Source of the DNA: an uncultured Desulfuromonas sp.
GTDB taxonomy: Bacteria; Desulfobacterota; Desulfuromonadia; Desulfuromonadales; Desulfuromonadaceae
Direction of reading: 5' to 3'
DNA: 64,000 nucleotides
NCBI GenBank assembly: GCA_963666745.1
Contig: OY762961.1
Location: 2,227,274-2,291,273, forward strand
The notes beneath the pieces are model-generated. The model was not told where the DNA came from, made no database searches, and saw only the letters and a program-made list of their open reading frames with translations. This document shows positions 10,449-19,818 of the stretch, piece by piece. Position numbers and translations under genes: made by a program. Numbering within the stretch: position 1 is the first letter of the stretch; each line of letters starts with the position of its first letter.

Positions 10449-11939
10449 ATGAAAGAGACATTAACCACAGCCACCTTTGCGCAGCATGTTGCTGCCGGCA
10501 CGCCCCTTGTTGCCATCAACACCGGCAATGAACAACGGACCATTCAATTGATCCAGACAGCCGCCAGTCGCAATCTCAAAGGGATGGAAGCCGCAAAAGT
10601 CTGGTCGTGCATCCATGGCTTTGAGGGCATTGACAACACCCTGGACCCGGTAGACGCCTTGAACTGGGCCCTCAACCAGCCGGGCAATGCCATTTTCATT
10701 TTTGTGGATATGCACTGGTTCTGGGAGAACAACCCAAAAATCCACCGCATTCTGATCAACTTTTCCCAGCAACGCAGCAATGCCCACAAAACCTTGGTTT
10801 TTCCGGCCTTCGACGCCAGAATCCCTGAACCGCTGCAAAGCCACTTTGTCCAGCTCGACCACCCCCTGCCCAACGCAGCGGAACTATCTGCCTACCTGAC
10901 GGGCAACCGAGAACAAGACCCATTCCTCAACCAGCTTCTTGAGCAGGAAGACACGCTGAGAAAAATGGTGCTCGCCGCGCAAGGCCTTGACCTGATCCGT
11001 CTTGAACGAGCTTTGCGCATGGCGCGTCTGACCAAGAGCTCTGATGTTCAGGAAGTGATCGGCGCACTGCATCTCGATAAGAAGCGGGCCCTGGAGCAAA
11101 GCGGCATTCTGGAATTCGTCGATAACGACTTGAAACCTGAACACGTCGGCGGCATGGAAAACCTCAAGCATTGGATGGCGCGCCGAGAAAAAGCCTTCGG
11201 CATTGAAGAACTCAGTGGTGGTGAAAATCTGCCCAGTGGCGTGTTGCTGATGGGTATCAGTGGTTGTGGTAAAAGCCTGTTTGTCAAAGCCATTGCCGCC
11301 CGTTGGAGCCTGCCCCTGTTGCGCCTCGACATGTCGACGGTTTATGAGGGAACCTATGGCACCCCGGAACGCAGCCTGCACCGCGCCTGCCAACTGGCCG
11401 AAGCCATCTCACCATGTGTTTTGTGGATTGACGAGATTGAATCCGGCATCTCCGAGCAGGGGTTCAAAAGCGGCGGTGGTTCATCATCGCGCGTGCTCGG
11501 TTACTTCCTGACTTGGATGCAGGAGAAAAAAAATCCGGTGTTTGTGGCGGCGACAGCCAACGCCATTGAGATGCTGCCTGCCGAGGTGCTACGCAAAGGG
11601 CGTTTTGACGAAATTTTTTACATTGCGTTGCCGGGACTCAACGAGCGCAAAGAGATCTTTGCCATCCACCTTGACCGCCAAGGTCAAGACAGCACCGCGT
11701 TTGACACGACAACACTGGCCCATTCCAGCAAAGGATTTTCCGGGGCAGAGATCGAACAAGCCGTGGCCAGCGCGCGTTTCGAAGCTCTGGCAGCCCAACG
11801 CCCAATGACGGAAAAAGACATTATGGAAGCGATCAGTCAGACCGTGCCGATTTCCGTGACTATGGCCGAACAAATCAAAAAAATCGAAGCCTGGGCCTTC
11901 AAACGCGCGGTTCCGGCCAGCGACCTCAGCGAACGTTAA
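10449..11939 (+). CDS. AAA+ ATPase, Ycf46-like
   Basis: Walker A GISGCGKS, Walker [33 protein letters not shown]; degenerate N-terminal domain. Confidence 0.85.
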   Translation: MKETLTTATFAQHVAAGTPLVAINTGNEQRTIQLIQTAASRNLKGMEAAKVWSCIHGFEGIDNTLDPVDALNWALNQPGNAIFIFVDMHWFWENNPKIHRILINFSQQRSNAHKTLVFPAFDARIPEPLQSHFVQLDHPLPNAAELSAYLTGNREQDPFLNQLLEQEDTLRKMVLAAQGLDLIRLERALRMARLTKSSDVQEVIGALHLDKKRALEQSGILEFVDNDLKPEHVGGMENLKHWMARREKAFGIEELSGGENLPSGVLLMGISGCGKSLFVKAIAARWSLPLLRLDMSTVYEGTYGTPERSLHRACQLAEAISPCVLWIDEIESGISEQGFKSGGGSSSRVLGYFLTWMQEKKNPVFVAATANAIEMLPAEVLRKGRFDEIFYIALPGLNERKEIFAIHLDRQGQDSTAFDTTTLAHSSKGFSGAEIEQAVASARFEALAAQRPMTEKDIMEAISQTVPISVTMAEQIKKIEAWAFKRAVPASDLSER

Positions 11940-11951
11940 AAGAAACCTTCA

Positions 11952-13028
11952 TCAGTCTTTATCGAGGCGCTCGGCCAAAGCCAGCGCCTCGTCAACCAGG
12001 GCATCAGCCAATTCTGACTGCGGTAAACGACGGACAATCTCGCCTTTACGAAACAGCAAGCCCATTTCCTTGCCACCGGCGATCCCGAGATCTGCCTCAC
12101 GCGCCTCCCCTGGCCCGTTGACCACGCAGCCCATGACAGCAATCGTCAAGGGTGCGGTCAGGTGCTGCAACCGCGACTCCACCTCTTCGGCAACAGAGAT
12201 CAAATCAATCTGACAACGACCACAGGTGGGACAGCTGACAAAGACAGGCCCGCGTTGGCGCAACTGTAACGATTTGAGAATCTCCCAACCAACACGCACC
12301 TCTTCGACCGGATCACCGGTCAACGACACACGCAACGTGTCGCCAATGCCGTCATAAAGCAACACGCCCAAACCAACCGCACTTTTGATGGTTCCAGCCC
12401 ATGTGGTTCCGGCCTCGGTAATGCCGATATGCAGTGGATAATCCACCTTGTCCGCCAGCAATCGATACGCCTCGACAGTGCGTTGCACGTCCGACGCCTT
12501 GAGGCTGACCTTGATCTGATCATAACCAAGGTCCTCAACGATACGAATATGTCCAAGAGCGCTTTCGACCATGGCCTCAGCCGTGGCATGGCCATAACGC
12601 TCGAGCAATTCTTTTTCCAGTGAGCCACCGTTGACGCCGATACGGATCGGCAAATTACGCTCGGCACAGGCTTTGACCACCTCAGCCACTTTCCAGGCTT
12701 CACCAATATTACCGGGATTAATCCTCAAGCCAGCAACACCGCTGTCGATGGCCTGCAACGCCAATCGGTAATCAAAATGGATATCGGCAATCAGCGGAAT
12801 CGAGCAGCCATCAACAATCTCCCGCAGCGCCTGGGCCGCCTCCATGTCCGGCACAGCACAACGTACGATCTCACAACCGACACTCTCCAAAGCACGAATC
12901 TGGGTCAATGTCGCCTGAGCGTTGCGTGTATCGGTATTACACATGGATTGAACGGAAACCGGAGCGCCACCACCCACCGGCACGGATCCAACCGTTAAAG
13001 AACGCGTTGCGCGTTGTCTTATGGTCAC
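11952..13028 (-). CDS. ispG: (E)-4-hydroxy-3-methylbut-2-enyl-diphosphate synthase
   Basis: ADIHFDY, RINPGNIG, SCPTCGR, AVMGCVVNGPGEA; GTG start at 13028 after a GGAGG-like SD. Confidence 0.98.
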   Translation of the reverse strand: MTIRQRATRSLTVGSVPVGGGAPVSVQSMCNTDTRNAQATLTQIRALESVGCEIVRCAVPDMEAAQALREIVDGCSIPLIADIHFDYRLALQAIDSGVAGLRINPGNIGEAWKVAEVVKACAERNLPIRIGVNGGSLEKELLERYGHATAEAMVESALGHIRIVEDLGYDQIKVSLKASDVQRTVEAYRLLADKVDYPLHIGITEAGTTWAGTIKSAVGLGVLLYDGIGDTLRVSLTGDPVEEVRVGWEILKSLQLRQRGPVFVSCPTCGRCQIDLISVAEEVESRLQHLTAPLTIAVMGCVVNGPGEAREADLGIAGGKEMGLLFRKGEIVRRLPQSELADALVDEALALAERLDKD

Positions 13029-13193
13029 TGCTTCCTCCCTATGGATTGAAACCTCATGCATCTAGCCACAGCCATCCCCCGGCGTCAAGGGACAAAGATA
13101 GCATTGACACACTCTGCACAAGCGGCTACTGTCGCCACAATTAGCCTTGTCATAAAGCCCTCAATTATGGGCCATTTTCATCATGGACACGTT

Positions 13194-14582
13194 ATGAAAA
13201 AAAACTCCCGCAGTGCGGCAAAACGTCCGGCACCACGTCAGGAACCCGTTACCGTCACGATTGACCACTTGAATGTCGACGGCATCGGCGTTGGCCGCCA
13301 TGAGAACAAAGAAGTTCTCGTCGCCGGAACATTGCCCGAAGAAGAGGTCCTTGTGGCCATCGAACATGAAGGGCAACGTCGTGCCATTGGTCGACTGATT
13401 AAAGTTCTACGCAAAAGTCGTAAACGGATCACACCAAGCTGTAAGCTGGCGAAACAGTGCTCCGGCTGCCCGCTGATTCATCTCGGCTATTCGGATCAGC
13501 TTGACTTTAAAAGAGGCATGATTGAGGACGCCCTGAGTCATTATCAAACGCTTGAAGGCGTTACGGTTCATCCGGTCTGGAACTCAGAAAAGACCTTCGG
13601 TTATCGCACCATTGCCAAGCTGGCCATCGCCAAAGTGCACGGCAAAGCGCTGGTTGGTCTATATAAACGCGGTTCCCATCAGGTTTTGGACATCGCCAAC
13701 TGTCCCCAGCAGCACCCGTTGATCAACCAGATTGCCCAGGCCCTGCGCGAAGAGATCGAGAAACAGGATATTTACGTCTACAATCCGGTTTCACGTCGCG
13801 GCCTGCTGCGCTATGTGGCGATCCGCGTCAGCCCCCAAGCTGAAAAAGCTCTGGTGACGTTGGTCACCACTGAACGCAACTATCGCGAGATCACACACCT
13901 GGCCAAGTGGCTAAAGAAAAAAATTCCACAGATCATTGGCGTTCATCAAAACATCAACGCCTCCAGCGGCAATGTTATTTTCGGTCAAACCACGGTAAAA
14001 GTGATCGGCGCGGATGACCTGATTGACCAGGTCGGCGATATTCGCCTCCGGCTGTCCCCAACCTCTTTTTTCCAGGTCAATCACCACCAGGCTGCACGCA
14101 TCTATGGCCTGGTGCAACGCTGGGCCAACCTCAGTGCAGGAGAGCTCGCCGTTGACCTTTATTGCGGCGTTGGCGGGATCGCCATGCATCTGGCAACCAG
14201 TGGTGCCCAGATCACCGGCATTGAAATCAACGAAGAAGCCATCTTCAATGCCAAAGCCGCAGCCGTACTCAATGGTCTGTCCAATTGCCGGTTTATGGCG
14301 GGTGACGCCGGTGAAATCCTTCACGACCTGCAACAGGACCTCAGATCGCTCAAGGTCGCGGTAGTCAATCCGCCACGTGGCGGCTGCAGCGAAGAGATCA
14401 TTGCCACATTAGGCCAGCTGCGCCCCCGGACATTGATCTACGTCTCGTGCAATCCATACAGTCTTGGCCGGGACCTACATCTGTTGACACAGCAGGGCTT
14501 TAAGGTGAAAGAGCTACAACCAGTCGATATGTTTCCGCAGACAGCGCATATTGAATCGGTTGTCCGCCTTAGTGCTGAATAG
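13194..14582 (+). CDS. rlmD: 23S rRNA (uracil-C5)-methyltransferase RlmD/TrmA family
   Basis: TRAM domain, [4Fe-4S] motif CKLAKQCSGC, SFFQVN, DLYCGVG, NPPRGG, YVSCNP, DMFPQTAHIE. Start uncertain. Confidence 0.9.
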   Translation: MKKNSRSAAKRPAPRQEPVTVTIDHLNVDGIGVGRHENKEVLVAGTLPEEEVLVAIEHEGQRRAIGRLIKVLRKSRKRITPSCKLAKQCSGCPLIHLGYSDQLDFKRGMIEDALSHYQTLEGVTVHPVWNSEKTFGYRTIAKLAIAKVHGKALVGLYKRGSHQVLDIANCPQQHPLINQIAQALREEIEKQDIYVYNPVSRRGLLRYVAIRVSPQAEKALVTLVTTERNYREITHLAKWLKKKIPQIIGVHQNINASSGNVIFGQTTVKVIGADDLIDQVGDIRLRLSPTSFFQVNHHQAARIYGLVQRWANLSAGELAVDLYCGVGGIAMHLATSGAQITGIEINEEAIFNAKAAAVLNGLSNCRFMAGDAGEILHDLQQDLRSLKVAVVNPPRGGCSEEIIATLGQLRPRTLIYVSCNPYSLGRDLHLLTQQGFKVKELQPVDMFPQTAHIESVVRLSAE

Positions 14583-14673
14583 TCATAAAAAGACGTTCGA
14601 CGGCTCTTGCCAGAGACGGGCATTTGCATTAGGATAAGGTCTTCATAATCGTCCCACATAACAGGTATAGACA

Positions 14674-15276
14674 ATGAAAATTCTTGACTGCCGAGAGCTA
14701 CAATGCCCCAGACCCGTTCTGGAAACGCGCAAACAGATCCTGGCACATCCTGACGAACCCGTGCAGGTGCGTGTCGGCAATGATATTGCGCAAGCCAATG
14801 TGACTCGCCTGGCCACCAAGGAAGGCTTTTCAGTGACCGCAACCCACAAAGGCGATGAAATTGTCCTCGACCTGACCCCGACAGGTAAAGAGCGAGACAC
14901 CGCTCAAACCACCGTCACGGCCAAGGCGGAAAAGGTTGCCGGTGACACCGTTATTTATATTTCCAGCTCAAGTATGGGACGGGGAAGCGATGACCTCGGC
15001 GAGGTTCTGATGCGCAATTTCATCTGCACGTTGCTTGAGGCCAGTGAACTCCCTGCGACGATGCTATTCGTCAACAGCGGGGTAAAACTGACCTGTGAGG
15101 GTTCTGCGGTTCTTGAACCCCTGCAGCACCTTGTTGAAGCCGGTGTAACCATCAATGTCTGTGGTTTGTGCCTGGAGTTTTACGAGCTGAAAGATCAGAT
15201 CAAGGTTGGACAGGTTTCCAACATGCTCGACACAGTCGAAGCCATGCAACAGGCGGCCCACATCATTCAGCCATAG
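14674..15276 (+). CDS. yedF: Selenium-metabolism sulfurtransferase-like protein (SirA/TusA + DsrE-like domains)
   Basis: N-terminal DCRELQCPRPVL (TusA CPxP motif); C-terminal SSMGRGSDDLG..LM..F..TL...FVNSGVKL...CGLCLEFY; adjacent to tRNA-Sec. Confidence 0.88.
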   Translation: MKILDCRELQCPRPVLETRKQILAHPDEPVQVRVGNDIAQANVTRLATKEGFSVTATHKGDEIVLDLTPTGKERDTAQTTVTAKAEKVAGDTVIYISSSSMGRGSDDLGEVLMRNFICTLLEASELPATMLFVNSGVKLTCEGSAVLEPLQHLVEAGVTINVCGLCLEFYELKDQIKVGQVSNMLDTVEAMQQAAHIIQP

Positions 15277-15294
15277 GCCCTGCAGATAAAAAAC

Positions 15295-15323
15295 TTGAAT
15301 CAAATTCGCCTAGCTGATATACA
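15295..15323 (+). promoter_or_regulatory. Putative sigma70 promoter of selC
   Basis: TTGAAT-17 nt-TATACA with TGn extension, 15 bp before the tRNA. Confidence 0.55.
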
Positions 15324-15338
15324 TCATCCCTCATATGG

Positions 15339-15434
15339 GGGAGTAGCTAGTAGCCTGGTGGCGCTCACGGCCTTCAAAGCCGATGGAGGGCGTATCCCGT
15401 CCTCGGTGGGTTCGATTCCCATCTGCTCCCGCCA
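15339..15434 (+). tRNA. selC: tRNA-Sec (anticodon TCA)
   Basis: 8-bp acceptor stem GGGAGTAG/CTGCTCCC, anticodon loop CTTCAAA, long variable arm, GGTTCGATTCC T-arm, G-CCA end; 96 nt. Confidence 0.96.
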
Positions 15435-15436
15435 AA
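15417..15436 (+). repeat. attL core (TCCCATCTGCTCCCGCCAAA)
   Basis: 3' end of selC; exact copy at 21518-21537. Confidence 0.93.
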
Positions 15437-15496
15437 ATCAAGTAACGGCCTAAAATCATAAGCAATCCATATTGCCTTCGGAAGTTCACAGTGCGT

Positions 15497-15520
15497 CTGT
15501 AGACCAAACTGTGGTACATT
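15497..15520 (+). repeat. Left putative integrase arm-type site
   Basis: CTGTAGACCAAACTGTGGTACATT; 22/24 identical to 21423-21446. Confidence 0.65.
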
Positions 15521-15534
15521 CTGGAGGCTTTTTT

Positions 15535-17280
15535 GTGCGTAATCCTCTCTATCTTACTCAACGCGGACGTACATTCTATTACAACCGACGGCTTCCTCGT
15601 CGTTATCACGGTAGCGGCCCAAAACGTTTGTGCGTATCGTTAAGGACAAGAAGCCGTCGCGAGGCAAAGCATCGGTTAAAACTGATCGACACGCAGGTCG
15701 AGCGACTTATTACACTCGGGAATCTCCACATGCTTACTGAAAAAGAACTATCACTCCTTCTCGACGTCATCAAACACAACACCCTGAAAGCAACGTGGGA
15801 CTGTAAAGAGTCTACAGGTAAAAGCTTGCTGGGTATCGACGAAGAACTGACGTCTTACGACTTTGGAAGCCTGTCGCGCAATCCAGAGCTACAAGCGCTT
15901 TGCAGTGTAGGACAGGCCCTCAAGACTCATCACGACAAACCGTCCAGCAATACGATAAAGGAGCTGACCGGTGAAATTGAGGCTCTTATTCAGGTCAAGA
16001 GAGAGCAGCTCACTCTGAACAGATATCCATTGTATTCGGAGTTTGGCCTACCGGATGAGGTTATAGATAGAGCATCAGAACTTGGGCTGTCGGATCAGCT
16101 GGAAGATACAGAGGCAAAGCAACAAGTCAGGAGAGCGCTAACGAGGCAGGATATCGATATTCTTGAGATAGAACTCGAACGAATCAGAACCGGTGATTCA
16201 TCTTATGATCGTGAAAGACGCTCACGCCCACAGAGTAACGCTCCACTGTTCTCGGCGGCTTCAAAAATCTACCTTCAAAGCAAGGAACAAAGCAAGTCAG
16301 CTAAAACCGTCGATAAAATTCGCCTGAACCAGAAACGGTTTCAGGAACTACTACCGGACCTTCCAGTCGATCAATACACGTACGAACAACTTCTGTCATT
16401 CCCAGACCAGCTCAAGCAACAGTTACCGCAGTGTGGCGACAAAACTCGCTTTGACATCCTGATTGCGTTGAGCTCATTTTTCAACTTCTGCGTTGAGCGG
16501 ACATGGCTAGCTCAAAGCCCGTGTCCTAAATGGGCGGAGCCAAACGAATACAGCGCAACGGCCAGAGTTCGTAAAGGTGCTAAGCCCGTACCATGGTCAA
16601 ACGCCGAGCTTGAGCGGCTATTCAAAACCAGTTACTGGACGAAGCCACAAGTACGATACAAAAAACCGCAAAACTTCTGGCTCGCTATTCTTGCTCTATA
16701 CACAGGGGCTCGAGGCAATGAGCTGGCACAGCTTTATATTGAAGATGTCTGCTATGACCAAAAAGGAGACTGCTGGTATCTCGACATTAATGGCCGCGCA
16801 CCGGATAAAAGCACAAAGAACAAGCCATCCATCCGACGAGTCCCACTTCACCCCATACTGATTAAGCTTGGTTTCTTGGCATACGTTGAATGGTTGAAAG
16901 CATCAAACTACACTCACGTCTTTCCAACACTGAAATGGGACCCGAAAACAGGAAGGTATGGTGGATTCTCAAGTTCGTGGCAACACCACACAAGCCGCAA
17001 CGTTGAATGGGACGATTCCAGCAAGCCAAAGGTCTTCCATGGACTGCGTAAAACCTTCGCGGCCAACCTTTTAGAGCATGAGGTACACCGCGAATGGATC
17101 GCCGAGATATTAGGCCACGCCGCTGAATTTAAGCAGACTATGGACTATACAGGAATCCACCCGAATCTAATCAAATACGTGGGCAAGGTGGAATACCCTT
17201 TTGATGTGGTTACGATGGTTGGGAAGTGGCAGACACCAGTAACCTCGGCAAACTTGATGCTATGTTCCCCCCATGAGTAA
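15535..17280 (+). CDS. Tyrosine recombinase/integrase with a DUF6538-like N-terminus
   Basis: GTG start after GGAGG; N-terminal YLTQRGRTFYYNRRLP; catalytic motifs LYTGARGNEL (R), KNKPSIRRVPLHP (K), FHGLRKTF (HxxR), ILGH, MDY (Y). Confidence 0.93.
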   Translation: MRNPLYLTQRGRTFYYNRRLPRRYHGSGPKRLCVSLRTRSRREAKHRLKLIDTQVERLITLGNLHMLTEKELSLLLDVIKHNTLKATWDCKESTGKSLLGIDEELTSYDFGSLSRNPELQALCSVGQALKTHHDKPSSNTIKELTGEIEALIQVKREQLTLNRYPLYSEFGLPDEVIDRASELGLSDQLEDTEAKQQVRRALTRQDIDILEIELERIRTGDSSYDRERRSRPQSNAPLFSAASKIYLQSKEQSKSAKTVDKIRLNQKRFQELLPDLPVDQYTYEQLLSFPDQLKQQLPQCGDKTRFDILIALSSFFNFCVERTWLAQSPCPKWAEPNEYSATARVRKGAKPVPWSNAELERLFKTSYWTKPQVRYKKPQNFWLAILALYTGARGNELAQLYIEDVCYDQKGDCWYLDINGRAPDKSTKNKPSIRRVPLHPILIKLGFLAYVEWLKASNYTHVFPTLKWDPKTGRYGGFSSSWQHHTSRNVEWDDSSKPKVFHGLRKTFAANLLEHEVHREWIAEILGHAAEFKQTMDYTGIHPNLIKYVGKVEYPFDVVTMVGKWQTPVTSANLMLCSPHE

Positions 17281-17378
17281 GTCCAAAATACATATGCTAC
17301 ATAGTCGATTAACTTTATTTTTCGCGTGGATGAAACAGGATGAAAGTGAAAAGCTTCAGGATTCTGAGAATCCCGCCC

Positions 17379-17414
17379 CCACCTCGACCCTTAATGGGTT
17401 AAGGGTCGAGGTGG
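17379..17414. repeat. Perfect 16-bp inverted repeat (hairpin 1)
   Basis: CCACCTCGACCCTTAA-tggg-TTAAGGGTCGAGGTGG, between the convergent integrase and lipoprotein genes. Confidence 0.9.
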
Positions 17415-17433
17415 AACACGATCTATGCAATGG

Positions 17434-17928
17434 TCAGTCTCTTATTTTTGCAGCCACACTATCAAGAATCTTCGCTTCCAGTGTCCCTTTCGAATAAGTC
17501 TGAACCCAGCTTCTCTGGAACGGAAAAGCCATAGAGCCATTTCCTGTGCGAAGCAACATCCGAAAATTACTATTAACCTGCACTTGAGTTTTTTCTTCAC
17601 TTACTGAAGTTGCCAATATATTAAAATTTGCAATTCGCTGCTCTACAAGGTCGGGTGTTCCGAGAACACTTCCCCTTGTCCCTTCGTAAGCCCAAATTGG
17701 GTCGTACCCGATATTTGACATCGCAATTAAGCCACTATCTTTTGCAAGAGTAGTTATCCCAATATTTGTTTCGGCAATGCTAGCAATGATAGCAGCCCAG
17801 ACCTCATCATAGGGAGCAGAAAATTCCCTCACCTTATCAACTGAAACTTGCTGAGGTAAAACCCCCTGTGTCGCACAGCCAGATAACATTAAAGCAACGC
17901 ACAGGAACACTAACCGAAAAGAGCGCAT
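17434..17928 (-). CDS. Hypothetical lipoprotein (island cargo 1)
   Basis: GGAGG SD; signal peptide MRSFRLVFLCVALMLSG-C (lipobox LSGC); APYDEVWAAII...KDSGLI loosely resembles BamC-type domains. Confidence 0.8.
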   Translation of the reverse strand: MRSFRLVFLCVALMLSGCATQGVLPQQVSVDKVREFSAPYDEVWAAIIASIAETNIGITTLAKDSGLIAMSNIGYDPIWAYEGTRGSVLGTPDLVEQRIANFNILATSVSEEKTQVQVNSNFRMLLRTGNGSMAFPFQRSWVQTYSKGTLEAKILDSVAAKIRD

Positions 17929-18170
17929 TAAAAACCTCCGTCTTAACAAACCTTTTAAAATTACATGAATACGAGAGAGTTATGCTAACCATATCCCCAT
18001 CAAGCTTCAAGTTAGTTTAATAAGCTCCTACATTAAAATAAATACAAATCTGAGGCACAAGATACATAGATCATTCGTTTTCTTTCATCGTAGAGACAGG
18101 TAAGGAAAATCGGGAGAAGGAGCAAGAATCACAATTCCCCGCCCCCCCACCAAAGCGCCTCTCTCCAGCG

Positions 18171-18728
18171 TTAGTCCGCTAGGACATTGTAGATCGTCGC
18201 ACGGCTCACGCTGTAGTCCCGTGCAAGCTGTGACGGTGTAGCACCTGCAAGTTTCGCTGTTTTAATCTCTTTCCTTTGTGTAGCGGTCAGTTTCGGAGCT
18301 CGTCCGAGGTGCTTACCTCTTGCCTTTGCAGCTGCAATACCTGCAAGTTGCCGTTCCTTTCTGAGGTTCGTCTCAAACTCAGCGAAGACACCCAACATTT
18401 GCAGGAAGGCCTTACCTGTTGCTGTGCTTGTGTCTATTCGCTGATCCAAGATTTCCAACGATGCGCCCCTGCTCTCCAGATTGGCCACAACAGTTGAAAG
18501 GTCGTGCATATTCCTTGCAAGCCGATCCAGCTTCCACACAACGAGCTTGTCACCTTGCCCCACCATATCAAGCAACAGTGCTAAAACATCTCGGCCTTTT
18601 GTGGTTGTCCCCGATCCGGTTTCAGATCGATGCACAGCGTCAGGATATGCGGCTTTAAGAGCATCCTCCTGCATAGAAGTGTCTTGATCTAAAGTTGATA
18701 CCCTGCTGTAACAGAAAATCGTAGCCAT
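18171..18728 (-). CDS. Serine recombinase (resolvase/invertase family)
   Basis: CYSRVST catalytic Ser motif, LVVWKLDRLARN, FAEFE..LRKERQLAGIAAAK..G...GR, C-terminal HTH VSRATIY. Confidence 0.95.
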   Translation of the reverse strand: MATIFCYSRVSTLDQDTSMQEDALKAAYPDAVHRSETGSGTTTKGRDVLALLLDMVGQGDKLVVWKLDRLARNMHDLSTVVANLESRGASLEILDQRIDTSTATGKAFLQMLGVFAEFETNLRKERQLAGIAAAKARGKHLGRAPKLTATQRKEIKTAKLAGATPSQLARDYSVSRATIYNVLAD

Positions 18729-18752
18729 GATGCCTCCCGTGCAAAGCGATAT

Positions 18753-18859
18753 TGTACAGAAACATCTTAGAGCTTTATAGATAAAGTGTCAACAATTAAA
18801 AAAATAGACCTTTATGACATGTGAAACTGACAGTGTTAAAAAGGTATACCTTTGCGACA
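18753..18859. promoter_or_regulatory. Putative res site upstream of the resolvase
   Basis: Site-I-like TGTTAAAAAGG-TATA-CCTTTGCGACA (18834-18859) and site-II-like TGTCA...TGACA (18787-18819), with a third AT-rich subsite nearer the gene. Confidence 0.65.
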
Positions 18860-18973
18860 TGATAAAATTCCTCCCCCTCCCTGCACAGTTGTGAATATCG
18901 TCATTGACCAAAAACCAAACCTAGACTAATATCTTGCAATTATTTAATGCATTCCAATTACGGAGGAGGAACA

Positions 18974-19717
18974 GTGGAATACAAAAACCCTAAGAACGAC
19001 GTATGCTCATTCAGAGGAACGCTACTTGCGGCAATATGTTTAGTAGTATTTTTTTGTTTAACAGGCTGTGGTGTTCAACCTGGGAAATACGCGTATCCCG
19101 TCAACAACAATGACTTGTACAGTTGCAGCATGGAACAGCGCAGTTGCAAAACGGTAGCCGTAGCTCCTTTCGAAGATGTACGCGGAACTACAAATCATTT
19201 TGGGACCTATTTCCTCTATTGGATTCCTCTATCTCCCGGAGGATATATAGAATATGAACGCCCAGACACTGCGAGAACATTCGGCCTCCACTTTACACCT
19301 ACTGATGACTTAGCGAAATCTGCCGTATACAGCCTTCAAAAATCCAACCTCTTCGAGGAAGCATTCTTATCCTTTAGAGGAGATAAAAGCCAAGCAGACT
19401 ACCTACTTGAAGGCGAAATCATTTCTACAAGATTCCAATCTAACCAATGGTCGTATGGACTGTCTGTATACGGTCCAACCTTATGGCTGATAGGACTTCC
19501 TGCAGGGAGTACCGAGAACGACCTTGCACTTTCTTTAACGCTTACGGATTTAAAGACGGGGGAACTCCTCTGGCAAAATCAATATGAGATGAACAATAAA
19601 GTGATACAAGGTTTGTACTACAATCTGACCGACGGAGGACTGGAGACCTACGCCCGACTTATGCAAGACATCATGAATCAGGCAGTCTTTGATATGAGTA
19701 CCAAACTATCACTCTAA
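18974..19717 (+). CDS. Hypothetical lipoprotein (island cargo 2), YajG/CsgG/GNA1162-like alpha-beta fold
   Basis: GGAGGAGG SD before GTG; lipobox LTGC; VAVAPFEDVR, ADYLLEGEI and TGELLW motifs. Confidence 0.75.
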   Translation: MEYKNPKNDVCSFRGTLLAAICLVVFFCLTGCGVQPGKYAYPVNNNDLYSCSMEQRSCKTVAVAPFEDVRGTTNHFGTYFLYWIPLSPGGYIEYERPDTARTFGLHFTPTDDLAKSAVYSLQKSNLFEEAFLSFRGDKSQADYLLEGEIISTRFQSNQWSYGLSVYGPTLWLIGLPAGSTENDLALSLTLTDLKTGELLWQNQYEMNNKVIQGLYYNLTDGGLETYARLMQDIMNQAVFDMSTKLSL

Positions 19718-19753
19718 TGCTATTGCGCTGAATATTTTCGCACCATACAATTA

Positions 19754-19818
19754 GTCACTACTTAAACAAAACGACCCTTCGGTGGCATATCAAAGGGTCG
19801 TTTTGTTTAAGTAGTGAC
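19754..19818. repeat. Perfect 26-bp inverted repeat (hairpin 2)
   Basis: GTCACTACTTAAACAAAACGACCCTT-13 nt loop-AAGGGTCGTTTTGTTTAAGTAGTGAC, between convergent lipoprotein 2 and rep. Confidence 0.92.

Noticed and set aside
17273-17497. 74-aa ORF downstream of the integrase
   Set aside because: It runs through hairpin 1 and into the convergent lipoprotein gene, with no motif.
17930-18170. Integron/attC interpretation of the island cargo (GTTATGC at 17979-17985; imperfect repeat near 18112-18166)
   Set aside because: No paired RYYYAAC...GTTRRRY boxes with attC geometry, cargo genes are not co-oriented, and the integrase looks like a tRNA-targeting type rather than IntI.
17399-19779. Tn3-family transposon bounded by the hairpin arms (GGGTCG...)
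   Set aside because: Only 8 bp of inverted identity, no 38-bp GGGG-starting IRs, no 5-bp target duplication seen, and no TnpA.
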